64,000 nucleotides of DNA from an uncultured delta proteobacterium (GCA_963785235.1 CAWAUM010000011.1:160001-224000), one strand, 5' to 3'. Shown: positions 34,551 through 45,253, counted from the stretch's first letter. The notes: a model not told the origin generated them from the letters alone. Numbers and translations are program-made.

Positions 34551-35680
34551 TGTCCGTTCTGTGCCTCTATGATGCCACCGTCCACGACCTTTTCGATGCC
34601 GGAGGTGATGATCCGTTCATGGGGAGAAAGTCCGGAAAGGACCTCAGTGCCCTGCGCTGATTTCCGGCCTTCTTGTATCAGCCGGTAGGTGATGACGCCC
34701 TTTGCGTCGACTACATACACACCGGTAAGCTGCCCTTTCCGGATGATTGCGCCGGCCGGCACGAGGAGAACCTCCTTCTTCCCGACCGGTATTTTCACCC
34801 GCACATAGAGGCCGCTTCTCAGTTCTTTATCCGGCAGCCCTATCTTCACAATGAAGGACCGTGAGCTGGGGCTTATATCCGGAAGGATGTCCCTCACTAT
34901 ACCATCAAGACGCCTCCCCAGGGCATCGATCGTCACCTCCACTGGCATGCCTGTCCTGATCTTGCCTGAGAGGCCTTCGTCAATGGCCGCCTCCACATAG
35001 GCATCGCCCAGTGCCTCAATGACAAGCAGCGGGATGCCAGGCGAGGCCATGCTGCCTATATCGAGGTATTTTTTTGTCACAACGCCGGCAGCAGGGGCAA
35101 CGATACGGGTGAAGGCCAGGAAGGTCTTTGCCTCATCCGCCATGGCCTGTGCGCGCATGAAATCTGCATAGGCCATGTTCCGTTTCGCCTCTATCTGGTC
35201 CTTTTCCTGAGTCGAGATGCTCTTCTGCTCAAAGAGGGCGGAAAAGCGCTTCCAGGTTATCTCGTTCATGTCCCTGTTCTGGCGGGCAGCCTCCAGGGCC
35301 ATGGCAGCCGCATTCATGCGTTCTCTTGCATCACGGTCATCAATGGTGAGCAGCAGCTGTCCTGCCTTGACCCTGTCTCCCTCCCGGACCATAAAGGAGG
35401 TGACGGCCCCCATGACGCGGCTGGAGATGATGCTTGTGCGGTCCGATCTGATGGTGCCCGATGTCTCGTATATCTCGTCGGTCTGTTTGGGCATCACGGA
35501 AGTGATGGTGACCCCTGTGACCGAGGGGCGTTCGATTCCTTTCTTTTCGTGTTTTGCCTCGCATCCTGTCAGAACACTACCGAGAATGATCATGCATGCA
35601 AGAAAACAGACAGTGCCTGGGGAGTAAGCACCCTGTGAGCGCTTTCTTCCGATATCCTTGTGGATGTGTCTCATGTACAT
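34547..35680 (-). CDS. RND periplasmic adaptor (membrane fusion lipoprotein)
   Basis: LTGC lipobox, lipoyl-like [22 protein letters not shown]. Confidence 0.9.
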   Translation of the reverse strand: MYMRHIHKDIGRKRSQGAYSPGTVCFLACMIILGSVLTGCEAKHEKKGIERPSVTGVTITSVMPKQTDEIYETSGTIRSDRTSIISSRVMGAVTSFMVREGDRVKAGQLLLTIDDRDARERMNAAAMALEAARQNRDMNEITWKRFSALFEQKSISTQEKDQIEAKRNMAYADFMRAQAMADEAKTFLAFTRIVAPAAGVVTKKYLDIGSMASPGIPLLVIEALGDAYVEAAIDEGLSGKIRTGMPVEVTIDALGRRLDGIVRDILPDISPSSRSFIVKIGLPDKELRSGLYVRVKIPVGKKEVLLVPAGAIIRKGQLTGVYVVDAKGVITYRLIQEGRKSAQGTEVLSGLSPHERIITSGIEKVVDGGIIEAQNGQ

Positions 35681-35845
35681 ATCTCCTGTTATGCGAGGTA
35701 TATCAGAAAAGAAAAGTGTTCCAATATATAGTACTTATACTGTGCTGCACTTTAAAATCAATATCATCTGCAGATTGAGCCTCATGAACAGTGCCCGGAT
35801 CGAATCCGGATATGCATTATATCTAGTCATTGTTGATAAGAGTTT

Positions 35846-35863
35846 CATTGATTCAGATCAATG
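35846..35863. promoter_or_regulatory. FNR-type binding site upstream of the RND operon
   Basis: CATTGAT-TCAG-ATCAATG. Confidence 0.75.
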
Positions 35864-35955
35864 GAATGTATTGTTACGGACCGGCGAAGAGATTTCGCTG
35901 AGGAGGGGCCGTGCAGAAAGATGGCCATGAGGGCCATCCTCAGGTGATAAGAGTC

Positions 35956-36958
35956 TTATCCGCGCCCGCCGTAGTAGCGCGACGGCCCTTCCAGGCACCC
36001 CCACCCGCACTCGGTGAAGATCCTCCGGCAGCTCGCCACGGTCTCGCCGCGTCCGTCCTCGGTCTTTTCCATCACATCGCGCGGGTTGGCGCCCACTTCC
36101 GCCCAGAACAGGTTGGCCCCGGCCAAGCCCCCCAGCGTGCAGGGCTCGTGGGTGCAGTTTCCGGCCACCGTCCTGGGCATGCCGAGCCTCGTGACGGCCA
36201 CGATCTGGGCCATGCGGAGCTCGGTGATGGTGCCGAGCTTGGCCATCTCGGTGCCCGGGATGGGGATGCGCCTGGCCGCCCCGCTGTAGGCAGGGTTGAC
36301 CGACGCCGTGTAGCAGATGAGGTCCGCGAGCTCTTCGTTGGTGTGCTCGGGGCCCACGGGCTCCACGCAGGTGCCCACCAGGAGGCCCGCCTCCTGGAAG
36401 TTGCGGATGCTCTCCATGCGCTTCTTTGGGGACAACCGGGAGTCGATGCCCTCCCTCAGGCGCAGGGCGTGATAGACCCCGGCGATCCCGGCATCCTTCA
36501 TCTGCTTTGCAGCTTCGACGGTCTGGTCGCCCACGTTGGCGATGAGGATGGTCTCGGCCTTGAGGTTTCTCCTGATCTCCCGGGACATGTCCAGGAACAG
36601 CTCGAAGGGGTATTTGGCAGTGGTCATGACAAATACCGCATTGGCCCCGTCCTGTTCAAACTGCCGTGCATAAGCCACGGCCTGCTCCGGGTGTGATCCG
36701 GGTCTCTTCTTTAAAGACATTGTTCACCCGGGCAAATGAGCAGAACCTGCAGTCGGCCGGGCAGGGCGCCAGGTTGAGCGCCATCTGGGCATGCACCTCG
36801 GCCCTGTTGCCGGTGAGCTCCTTGGATATTCGGTTGGCCTCGGCCATGACGAGGTAGGTCTCGGGTGAGTCCTCACGCAGGCCCAGGAGGTCTATGAGTT
36901 CCTGGCGGGAAGGGAGCACCCCGTCTCTGGATCGTTTTATGGTGTCATTGATGTTCAC
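35956..36958 (-). CDS. Radical SAM protein (biotin-synthase-like), frameshift near 36690
   Basis: CPADCRFC motif in the tail of ORF 36656-38416, continuing as EQAVAYARQFE...GTCVEPVG...NCTHEP; GTG start with GAGG SD. Confidence 0.8.
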
Positions 36959-37038
36959 ACATACCCTCGTTTCATCAGCGGATTCTTCATACATACCAGG
37001 TATAGGGTTCCGCGCAAGGCCTTTTCCGTTCAAGAACT

Positions 37039-38416
37039 TCACAGGGGCTCTGCGGCCTGGTGCCGTTTTTGACACATCCGGTACACTGCCGGGATGAGCG
37101 AAACCAGCACGATGAGGCCGATGCCCAGGAGCAGGTTTGTGGACACGTGCCCCTTGAGCAGGTTCAGGAGCGAGCTGGAAAACACGATGAACGCAATGCA
37201 GGCGGGCAGCGATAATTCCCATGAGAACCAGTGCCCGGCACAGTACGCCCTTCGGTCTCTCCCCGGCCCAGTACGTCCTCTCCCGGGAAGCGGATGCATG
37301 GATGGTCTTTCTGAAATGGCCCTTCAGGCGCAGCCTGTACAGGTAGGTCATATGCCCCCCGGCCACTGGACTCCTGCCGTTCAGGGCCATCTCGGGCTCG
37401 CAGAGTAGATCGAGGACATGGACGGTTTTTGAATGTGAGCCCATCTTCCGGGTGCATCCTGCGCAGTAGGTGGCCACCATACTGCCCTTGACCTCGGCTG
37501 CGGTGCGTTCCATCCAGCGGCCTGCCAGGTCGGGAGACAAAACATCGACCCCGGCCCCGCTGCCGCAGCACAGGGTCTGCTCCCTCGCATGGTCCATGTC
37601 ATGGAAAACCACACCGGCCCTGTCGAGATGTCTGCGCACCGCGTCGTGGCAGTCCGAGTGGAACCGGGTGCCGCACGGGTCGTGGAGCACGACCTCGCCC
37701 CTGTTCACGCCGGAGGCATCTTGAGCCATGGGCAGCACCTCGTAGATCATCCGCACATGGAGCCCGGTGCCGTACTCCTTGAACATGTCGTAGCAGTTGG
37801 GGCAGACCACGATGACCTCACGCACCCCATGTTCCACGAGATATGCGCCCATTTCATCCATCATGGCCCTTGAAAAGGCATCACGGCCAAGGCCCTGGGA
37901 TATGCGGCCGCAGCAGTCGAGCACGATGCCCAGGCTGGGGTCTTCCTTCCTTAATCTCTCGAAGATCTCTTTTGTCCTGGCCGGCCGTGTGCCCGGAAAG
38001 GCGCACCCCGGGAAGAGCACAGTCTCACACCCCCTGGGCAGGCCGTAGTAGGTGAAGCGCTTGGACATGCCGGTGCGTTCATAGCCCCAAAGCCCCTTGT
38101 GCTCGGGGAACGTCCCCTTGCCGCGATCAACGGATTCCCTGCGCATCTCCAGGAACATGTGGGCCGGTTCCGCATGAACAGGGCAGACAGCGGTGCAGAG
38201 CCTGCACAGGCTGCATTCGAAGGGCATGGCGAGACTCTGAGGGTTCGCCGGGTCATAACCGCTGGCGATCTCACCGGGCGTACCGTACTTCTGCAGGAAG
38301 GCGCATTCGTCGCGGCAGGCCCCGCAGTCCGTGCAGTTCTCCCGCACCCGGGCCAGGCTCTCCCGGAGACCTGCCCGCAGAGGGGGTGCTGCATCATGGG
38401 TTTTCCGGTCTTTCAT
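37039..38416 (-). pseudogene. 4Fe-4S dicluster + CCG-domain oxidoreductase fused to an internally deleted VTT/TVP38 (DedA-like) domain
   Basis: CTDCGACRDEC, CSLCRLCTAVCP, FPGC, DCCG, HDPC, LCCG, YCAGC; an out-of-frame tail LPACIAFIVFSSSLL resembles a VTT C-terminus. Confidence 0.7.
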
Positions 38417-38478
38417 AAATTATGGGGGCCTCTGAGAATTGATAGATTTACAGAAAGATATGAAATCTCATCTACGGT

Positions 38479-38545
38479 GTCATTCCCGCGGAGGCGGGAA
38501 TCCAGTAATTTTGTGTGTTGCTGGACTACCGCTTTCGCGGGGTTG
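38479..38545. repeat. REP-like palindromic element
   Basis: gtcattcccgcggaggcgggaatccag ... ctggactaccgctttcgcgggg, resembling the widespread GTCATTCCCGCG-N-GCGGGAATCCAG repeat; right arm degenerate. Confidence 0.75.
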
Positions 38546-38563
38546 GATTTCATTCTACTGTTT

Positions 38564-39077
38564 TTAGTCGACCTTGCCGAGGGGGTAGTCTGCCTCGTCC
38601 CAGGCCTTGATGCCGCCCGGGAAGCGGTACACGTTCTTGTACCCGAGCTTCTTGGCCCACATGGCTCCGTTGTGGCTGCGGGTGCACTTCACGAAGCCGC
38701 AGTAGAACACGATGGTCTTATCCTTGTCCTGGCCGAGGAGTTTCACGAGCGCGTCCTGTGGTCTTGTCGTCGAGAGAGGTCATCTCCGGGATGGGGAACT
38801 CCATCTGGACCGCGCCCTTGACATGCTGCTTCTTATAGCTCGCTTCATAAGGCATCGTGTCTACGACGAGCATGTCCTTTTTCTGGTCAATCATATCCTT
38901 GAGCTCCTTGGCCGTGACCATGTCATAGCCGCCTCTGGCCACTTCACGGGCAAAGGTCACCGCGATCTGCTCGGTGTCCAGCTCCTTGGTGCCCCAGGCA
39001 GCCAGCGCGCTGGATGCAAAAGCGGCCACAAATACTGCGACCATGACGAATCCGATCATTCCCTTCAGTGTCTTCAT
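38564..39077 (-). CDS. Periplasmic rhodanese-domain protein, frameshift near 38760
   Basis: Signal peptide, VVDTMPYE...HVKGA, then in the next frame YCGFVKCTRSH and FPGGIKAW. Confidence 0.85.
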
Positions 39078-39107
39078 AGTGTTCTTCTCCTCTTTGAGAA
39101 TATTTTT

Positions 39108-39648
39108 CTACTCAGTTCCTTCAGATCTGCCAGCATCCGGGGCGGCTCTGGCCTCTGGCATGACCATGGATTTTCCTGAGCGTGCCCACCTGGAAAGGTA
39201 CAGGTAGGGCACCACGATCCCACCCAGCACCAGGTCCCGCCAGAAGGCCTGCACCAGGCCTGCCTGCTTTGCCAGGTCGTCGGCCCCGAAGCACCCGCAG
39301 TCCACGTCCAGGTTCAGCGATATGCCGTAGCCCAGGACACAGATGAACATGCCCAGCAGGCCTGCGATGACGGCGAGGCTGCCCCGGATGTCCAGGAGCA
39401 GGCCGATGCCGGCCACGGTCTCGATGATGGGAAGGCCTACAGCCACTACGGGCAGGAGCATCTCGGGCACCAGGTCGTACCCGGAGATGGTCCGGGCAAA
39501 GGCCTTGGGGTCCAAGAGCTTGACCACCCGCCGTAGATGAACAGGGCCGCAAGGGCAACACGGACGACCCGGTAGGGCCAGATCCATGCAGACAAAGGCA
39601 TGGATAAGACCAATCACCCCTGTCCGATGTCTCTTTCTGATGTATCAT
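39108..39648 (-). CDS. MauE/DoxX family redox membrane protein, frameshifted N-terminus
   Basis: KLLDPKAFA, VDCGCFG, RDLVL; first TM (YRVVRVALAALFIYGG) is in another frame. Confidence 0.8.
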
Positions 39649-39971
39649 CTTCTTTGTCCCCGGGAAAGTTTCCCTGATTTCGATTGCAAAACACCCACCT
39701 GATCTCAAGGGCCTGGCCTTGATGGTGAGCGCAGCGGGTTCGAGATATTATCTAGCCCAATAAGCCGCACATATCCAATTCATTGATCCTATTGATGCAC
39801 CCGCGTTCATTCATATTTTGCATGAGGCATACCTGTTAAATGCATGCTACAGTCATACATGTTCCGATAACGATGTTCTGCATGGGACCATTCGGCGACC
39901 CGATTGAGCAGCGAACTCTGCAGTATTGCTTTCAAAACGAGGGATGACCCACGCTTACAAAGGAGGCTCTC

Positions 39972-40040
39972 ATGAAGTACGGTGCACGTAACGCTATACA
40001 GGCCAGGGTGAAGTCAGTGAAAAAGGGCGATATCATGTCC
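39972..40040 (+). pseudogene. Truncated Mop/TOBE molybdate-binding protein (first 23 aa only)
   Basis: AGGAGG SD + MKYGARNAIQARVKSVKKGDIMS, then runs into the antisense of the neighbouring gene. Confidence 0.7.
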
Positions 40041-40051
40041 CCCAATTCAGC

Positions 40052-41009
40052 CTATGCCGCAAAGGTCAGCTTTGTCCCCGACATGTTGAGGATGAACTTG
40101 CTCCGGCATCTCGCGTTCAATGTGCATGATGGCCTTGCGGCCCGTGCAGTGGGTGGGCACCACGTAGAGCGGGTTAAGCGCCTTGAGTTCTTCGGTGGTC
40201 CGCTCGATGATGGGCTCGAAGAGGGGGCCGCTCAGGTGGAACCCTCCCATGACCGCGTATACCTTCTCAACGCCGGTGGTCTTCATGGCATGGCGAACCG
40301 TGTTGACCACGCCCGCGTGGGAACATCCGGTGAGGACCACTAGACCCTTGCCCTTCACGTTCACCGCGATACCCGTGTCATCTTCGATGGGGTCCCACTT
40401 TTCCTTGCCTGCCTTCTACCCGGTGGGCGATGGGGAAACCCTTCTCGAATTCGGTAAGCCGGGGGATCTCGCCGAGGAACAGGGCACTGTCCGTCCAGGA
40501 GCGGGTAGGGCTCGGTGGTTTCCATGAGTTTGATCCCCTCCTTGAGCACCGCGTCCCTGGTGAACTCGGGAAAGTAGACCTTGATCTCCTCGCCGAACTT
40601 CAGGTACCGGGGCTTCATGAAGACCCCGGGGTGGCAGACGAATTCGACCTTGTCCTTTTCCCCCTTGAGGAGCGAACTGAACATTGAAAAGCCGCCGGTG
40701 TGGTCCGAATGCCCGTGGGACAGCACCATGGCCTTCACGGAGCCGATGTCGGCGCCCAGCAGGGCGGCGTTCCTGGCCGCGCCGTCCTCGGAGAAACCCG
40801 AAGTCGAAGAGCAGGGATGAGACGTTGCCCTGGGCATGGACGCTCACCAGTGCCGAAAAACCGTGCTCGGCCAGGATGGAGTTCTTGATCTGCATGTCCT
40901 TCAGGGGGTTCGCCCGCTGGATGACTGCCGAGTTGTCCAGCGCCGTGACGTCGATGTAGTTGTCCTGCAGGGTCAGGATCTCCACCTTGTCCGCTTCAAG
41001 AATCCTCAT
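40052..41009 (-). pseudogene. MBL-fold hydrolase (COG1237-like) with several frameshifts
   Basis: LAEHGFS, LFDFG, SHGHSDHTGG, LTGCSHAG, GGFHL, PTHCTG across at least four frame segments. Confidence 0.8.
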
Positions 41010-41099
41010 ATATGCCTCCTTCATGCGCGCCGTCTAAGCGTCGTGCGGCAAGAGATGTCAATCTTGTACCTCTTAAATTGGGTAATCACTGAGACATCG

Positions 41100-41618
41100 T
41101 TACATTTTCAATAGACGTGAACCCTTTTTATTGAACACATTCATGAGCATGTTAAAGAATTGCATGAGTTTCAGTGTGGCAAATATGGCCTTCTGTTCTC
41201 CTGGCGGATAGGTTCTGCTGAAGGTCTCGTCCACGCTTTTATCCGGGAAGTCACCTTCATAGAGGACATAGGTTCGGACCCAATTCAATGCAATCCAGAC
41301 CTGCTCGTCGAAATCCTCTTTTCTAAGAAGCCCAAGAAGCTGGATATCTTCTTTTCTGAGACCTGCGATTCGACCGAATCGATAATGTGCATTGGTTCAG
41401 GCATTGCAGTCGTTGGTGCTCGCTACAGTCAACATGATCATCTCGCGAAAGCCCGGAGAAATAGCTCTCCCAAAATACACCCGGATCAAGTCGGGAGTAT
41501 AGGTGAGCAATTCAACCAGATTGTGCAAGAAATGGATGGGGTCTTTGAATTTGCGCTGCACAAACTGGCCAGGTCGATTGAACTTATCCCTTTCGTAGAA
41601 TAACGTGGTGAGTTTCAT
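41100..41618 (-). CDS. AhpD/carboxymuconolactone-decarboxylase-like putative selenoprotein, CxxU motif (Sec at 41397-41399)
   Basis: REMIMLTVASTNDCNA-TGA-TNAHYRFGRIAGL continues in frame into ORF 41100-41288; matches the AhpD E-x7-N-x-CxxC-x3-H pattern; ATGA overlap with the upstream gene. Confidence 0.82.
41366..41381 (-). promoter_or_regulatory. Candidate SECIS element
   Basis: Minus strand cgattc-GGTC-gaatcg; loop starts 21 nt after the UGA. Confidence 0.7.
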
Positions 41619-42943
41619 AGTGCCCCTGTCAGGACCGCTTGTGGCGGGCACGGCCCTTTGCTGCAGGTAGCTGCGGCCTGCATGGCGGCCTGATCCCTTG
41701 AGAAGTGCTCCCTTATGATGAGCCTGGAGAGCATGTCGGCCTGAATGTGGAAACGCTTGCTCAACACCAGGGCGCACCCGATGGTAATGGCCTCGCCCGT
41801 ATCTTTGTTCCTGGCAAAACCCACGAACCAGTTACGCCTGCCTTTTGGGTTGTCGCCGTCCATGCTTCCGCTCTTCCCGCCCATGGCAAGATGTTTGAGC
41901 ACCCTGTCCGACGACACTCCCCTGAAACTTTTCGCCACGGTGCCCGACTTCACGGTCTTCTCCATCATGGCCCGTAAGCTCTCTGCCGTACCCGCCCTCA
42001 TGACAGGGACCCTCTCGTCTTTTTCGGTCTTTACCAGCCTCGGTTTGACCATGTAGCCCCCGTTCAGGGCAGAAGTCACCATCTCGGCGGCATGAAGCGG
42101 TGATATGCGGGTCTGCCTGTTGAAGCCGCATGCCAGCTCTGCAAGGTTATATTCATCCCTGGGTGAGAAAGTGACGGATGCAGGAGATTCGAAGACTCTT
42201 AATGGCGATTGCCCGAACCCCAGTTTTCTGGCGGTCAGATTAATGGGCGCTTCGCCGAGATATATGGTTCCGAGCTTTCCGAATATGACGTTGTTCGATT
42301 TGGCAAAGGCATCCGTAAGGGTCAGGTCTGCGCTCCACCTGTCCCTCTTGTTTGTGAGCTGCCTTTTGTAAAGGGTATGGGCATTGCCGGTGTAGAAAAA
42401 CCTGGTGTCCCCTTGAAACCCTTTCTGCTCCATGGCGGCAGCTGCCGTGACCAGCTTGAAAATGCTGGCTGCGATCTCCGTATTGAGTGCCAGGGTGCAG
42501 TCTTCACCGGAAGGGGACTTGCCGTAGGCTGCAAGGATGTCACCGCTACGTGAGTCCATGACGACCACTGCACCCTGATAGAGCTTGTACCTGGCTGACA
42601 TATCAGTGATGAACTGCTGGAGCTCCCAGTCTATGGTGAGGTTACGGTTTTTGATCAGATCTTCACTTATATGAACGAGATCGTCTTTCCTCAGGGCTGC
42701 AGGTTTTGACTGAACCGGCGTCTGCCTGGCGAGTGCGGAACCCTTTGCCGTGGCCATATGGGCTGCTGAAGACTTGCCTGCAGAAATATCGCCTCCTTTG
42801 GCAACAACTTTGTCCCTGCTGCCCGGAGCCAGGAGGAACCACCCTGCCAGCAGGACGATTAAGAGCAGAAGATGCCGAAGACGCGGGAAGTGTCTTCTCT
42901 TCTTTCTCAGCAGATATGAGTCATCATAAACGTATTTGTTCAT
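41615..42943 (-). CDS. Penicillin-binding transpeptidase domain protein
   Basis: SIFK (SxxK), SNN (SxN), KSG (KTG-like); N-terminal TM. Confidence 0.88.
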   Translation of the reverse strand: MNKYVYDDSYLLRKKRRHFPRLRHLLLLIVLLAGWFLLAPGSRDKVVAKGGDISAGKSSAAHMATAKGSALARQTPVQSKPAALRKDDLVHISEDLIKNRNLTIDWELQQFITDMSARYKLYQGAVVVMDSRSGDILAAYGKSPSGEDCTLALNTEIAASIFKLVTAAAAMEQKGFQGDTRFFYTGNAHTLYKRQLTNKRDRWSADLTLTDAFAKSNNVIFGKLGTIYLGEAPINLTARKLGFGQSPLRVFESPASVTFSPRDEYNLAELACGFNRQTRISPLHAAEMVTSALNGGYMVKPRLVKTEKDERVPVMRAGTAESLRAMMEKTVKSGTVAKSFRGVSSDRVLKHLAMGGKSGSMDGDNPKGRRNWFVGFARNKDTGEAITIGCALVLSKRFHIQADMLSRLIIREHFSRDQAAMQAAATCSKGPCPPQAVLTGAL

Positions 42944-43263
42944 TGGTCGATATTTAATAGGTTTTTTACACAGGTAGACCGGATATGTCAACGAAGATAG
43001 ACTCTAAAGGCCAGTCCGTACCCTTCGCCATGGAGTCGCCGCCGTGACGGGGTGTGGGAGCAACTCATGGAAATGGGCCATGTCCCGACTCCTCGGTCTC
43101 AGGGTCATCTATAACATCGAGGGTTTTCCTCAGCCTTGAAAAGGCCCTTCATGCGGTGTACTCCATGCACGGTCCAAAAGAAATCCACTGTACTCCTGAT
43201 GAAAGCACTGGTAGGAAACAAGGGAATGTATCCGTGTAGAATCTCCAGAGGAGGGCAGGTATA

Positions 43264-44181
43264 GTGAGCATGCTGTTCAAGGTTGCAGGGCTGATCACTG
43301 CATGTATGGCTTTCCTGTGCCCGGCTGCCTTAGGGGCCGAGGCTTCCCAAGGCATGACCTACGCCCAGGCAGTGATTCTGGGCATCACCGAGGGGCTCAC
43401 CGAGTACCTGCCCGTCAGCTCCACCGGTCATTTGTACCTGGTCTCCCGATTGATGGGCCTCGGGTCCCCGGGTGCCGGGAAGGCAGCCACGGATGCCTAC
43501 GTGATCGCCATCCAGATCGGGGCCATCCTGGCGGTGGCGTGGCTCTACCCGAAACGGATCTCCTCCATGGCCCTTGGGTTCCTGGGGCGCGACAAGGCAG
43601 GGCTCTCCCTGGCCCTGAGCACCTGCACTGCCTTTTTGCCTGCAGCCGTTATCGGCATCATCTTCGGGGACCTCATCAAGGCACATCTCTTCGGTCTCTG
43701 GCCCGTCACATGTGCACTGCTGGCAGGGGGTCTGGCCATCCTTGTGGTGGCAAAGCGGGTCCACAGAGGTGCAGGCGAGGGCCTGCACATCGAGAACCTG
43801 AGCATGCGTATGGCGCTGATCATCGGTTTCATCCAGTGCATCGCCATGTGGCCCGGCGTGAGCAGAAGCCTCGTCACCATCTTAGGAGGCGTGCTGGTGG
43901 GGCTATCTGTCCAGGCCGCCGTGGAGTTCAGCTTTCTGTTGGGTCTCATCACTTTAGGCGCCGCCACGTGCTACGAGATCGTCAGGGAGGGGCCCGGAAT
44001 GCTTCTCCAATTTGGGCTGATATCGCCTGTAATCGGCATCGTTACCGCCTTCTTCTCCGCCGTGGCTGCGGTGAAGTGGATGGTCGCCTACCTCAACCGG
44101 CACGGGCTTGAGATCTTCGGGTACTACCGGATTGTGTTGGGTGTGTGTGTCATGGCGCTGATCTTTGCCGGGTTTTTCTGA
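43264..44181 (+). CDS. uppP: Undecaprenyl-diphosphate phosphatase
   Basis: EGLTEYLPVSSTGHL, IQIGAILAV, PGVSRS, FGYYRI. Confidence 0.93.
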   Translation: MSMLFKVAGLITACMAFLCPAALGAEASQGMTYAQAVILGITEGLTEYLPVSSTGHLYLVSRLMGLGSPGAGKAATDAYVIAIQIGAILAVAWLYPKRISSMALGFLGRDKAGLSLALSTCTAFLPAAVIGIIFGDLIKAHLFGLWPVTCALLAGGLAILVVAKRVHRGAGEGLHIENLSMRMALIIGFIQCIAMWPGVSRSLVTILGGVLVGLSVQAAVEFSFLLGLITLGAATCYEIVREGPGMLLQFGLISPVIGIVTAFFSAVAAVKWMVAYLNRHGLEIFGYYRIVLGVCVMALIFAGFF

Positions 44182-44275
44182 AGATAAAGAACTACTGCCA
44201 TGAGCGCTCAACAGAGAGATTTCGATAAGGAGGCTGCGATCAAAGTCGCTTCTGCATAGATCCCGTTTTTCCTGC

Positions 44276-44320
44276 TTGACAGGCCGGCATTATTCCCTCA
44301 TTATTGGCATATGCTAATAA
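44276..44320 (+). promoter_or_regulatory. Sigma-70 promoter overlapped by a 20-bp palindromic operator
   Basis: TTGACA-17-CATTAT; TTATTGGCAT/ATGCTAATAA at 44301-44320 with one mismatch. Confidence 0.65.
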
Positions 44321-44334
44321 TGGAGTTCAGATAA

Positions 44335-44826
44335 GTGTCCCGCCCCATAAAATGCAGAAGGGTTGGATTCGTCCCTGACGTACTCTACTTCAAACCCGCA
44401 GGCATCCCCATGAGGGACCTGGAGGAAGTGGAGCTGAGCCTGGACGAGCTTGAATCAATCCGCCTGGCTGACCTCGAAGGGATGTACCAGGAAGATGCTG
44501 CCGGATACATGTGCATCTCCAGGCAGACCTTTGCGAATATCCTCACTTCCGCCCGCAATAAGATTGCCGAATGCCTGATACGGGGCAAGGCCCTGCGGAT
44601 AGAAGGGGGCCGTGTGGAGACGAAGGATAGAGAATTCGTATGCATGGATTGCAGTCATGCCTGGAGCCTGCCGTTGGTATCGAAATGCCCGTCTGTCTGT
44701 CCGCGCTGTAATGGGGAGACTATCAGCCGGATGCTTTCCGATCAGGCAAGTGGAACTGGTAAAGGAAACGGCTGTACAAGAAGAAAACGCTGCTGCAGAA
44801 AAAACTCACAGGAGGAACCATCATGA
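44335..44826 (+). CDS. DUF134 DNA-binding protein with C-terminal Zn ribbon
   Basis: RPIKCRRV, YFKPAG, ESIRLADLEG, ISRQTF, ALRIEGG, CMDC...CPRC. Confidence 0.9.
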   Translation: MSRPIKCRRVGFVPDVLYFKPAGIPMRDLEEVELSLDELESIRLADLEGMYQEDAAGYMCISRQTFANILTSARNKIAECLIRGKALRIEGGRVETKDREFVCMDCSHAWSLPLVSKCPSVCPRCNGETISRMLSDQASGTGKGNGCTRRKRCCRKNSQEEPS

Positions 44827-45191
44827 ACATTTGTATGCCCATAGAAAAAGACGAAGGATTGAACTCGGTGGTGTATGGTCATTTCGGGAGTGCACCGTAT
44901 TTTGCCATCTATAACACCCAGAGCAAGGAAATGGAGGTCATAGACAACGGCAACCTGCACCACACCCATGGGCAGTGCAGCCCCATTGCCGCATTGTCCG
45001 GCAGATCCATAGATGTCCTGGCCACAGGTGGGATCGGCGCAGGGGCCATCGAGCGGTTGCGCACCATGGGGGTAAAGGTCTGCCGGGTGGGTTCCGGAAA
45101 CACCGTAGCCGATATCATCCGGATCCATGAGCAGGATGGATTGAAGGAAGTCCAGGGGAATGATGTGTGCGATCACCACTCCTGTCATTGA
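44823..45191 (+). CDS. NifB/NifX family metal-cluster binding protein
   Basis: VYGHFGSAPYF, HTHGQC, GGIGAGA, His/Cys tail CDHHSCH. Confidence 0.88.
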   Translation: MNICMPIEKDEGLNSVVYGHFGSAPYFAIYNTQSKEMEVIDNGNLHHTHGQCSPIAALSGRSIDVLATGGIGAGAIERLRTMGVKVCRVGSGNTVADIIRIHEQDGLKEVQGNDVCDHHSCH

Positions 45192-45227
45192 TTCCTTCTG
45201 AAGGAAACTACCTGTCTTTCTCCTTCT

Positions 45228-45253
45228 TGTAACCTTTTACTCACCTGAGCGTT
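45228..45253 (+). promoter_or_regulatory. ECF sigma promoter 1
   Basis: TGTAACC-N15-CGTT. Confidence 0.75.

Noticed and set aside
36656-38416. 586-aa FeS-oxidoreductase/radical SAM fusion as a novel protein
   Set aside because: Artefact of the deletion/frameshift at ~37205; the radical SAM gene has its own SD and GTG start
44823-45191. Nitrogen fixation gene
   Set aside because: NifB/NifX-like domains are common outside nif clusters; no nif genes in the window
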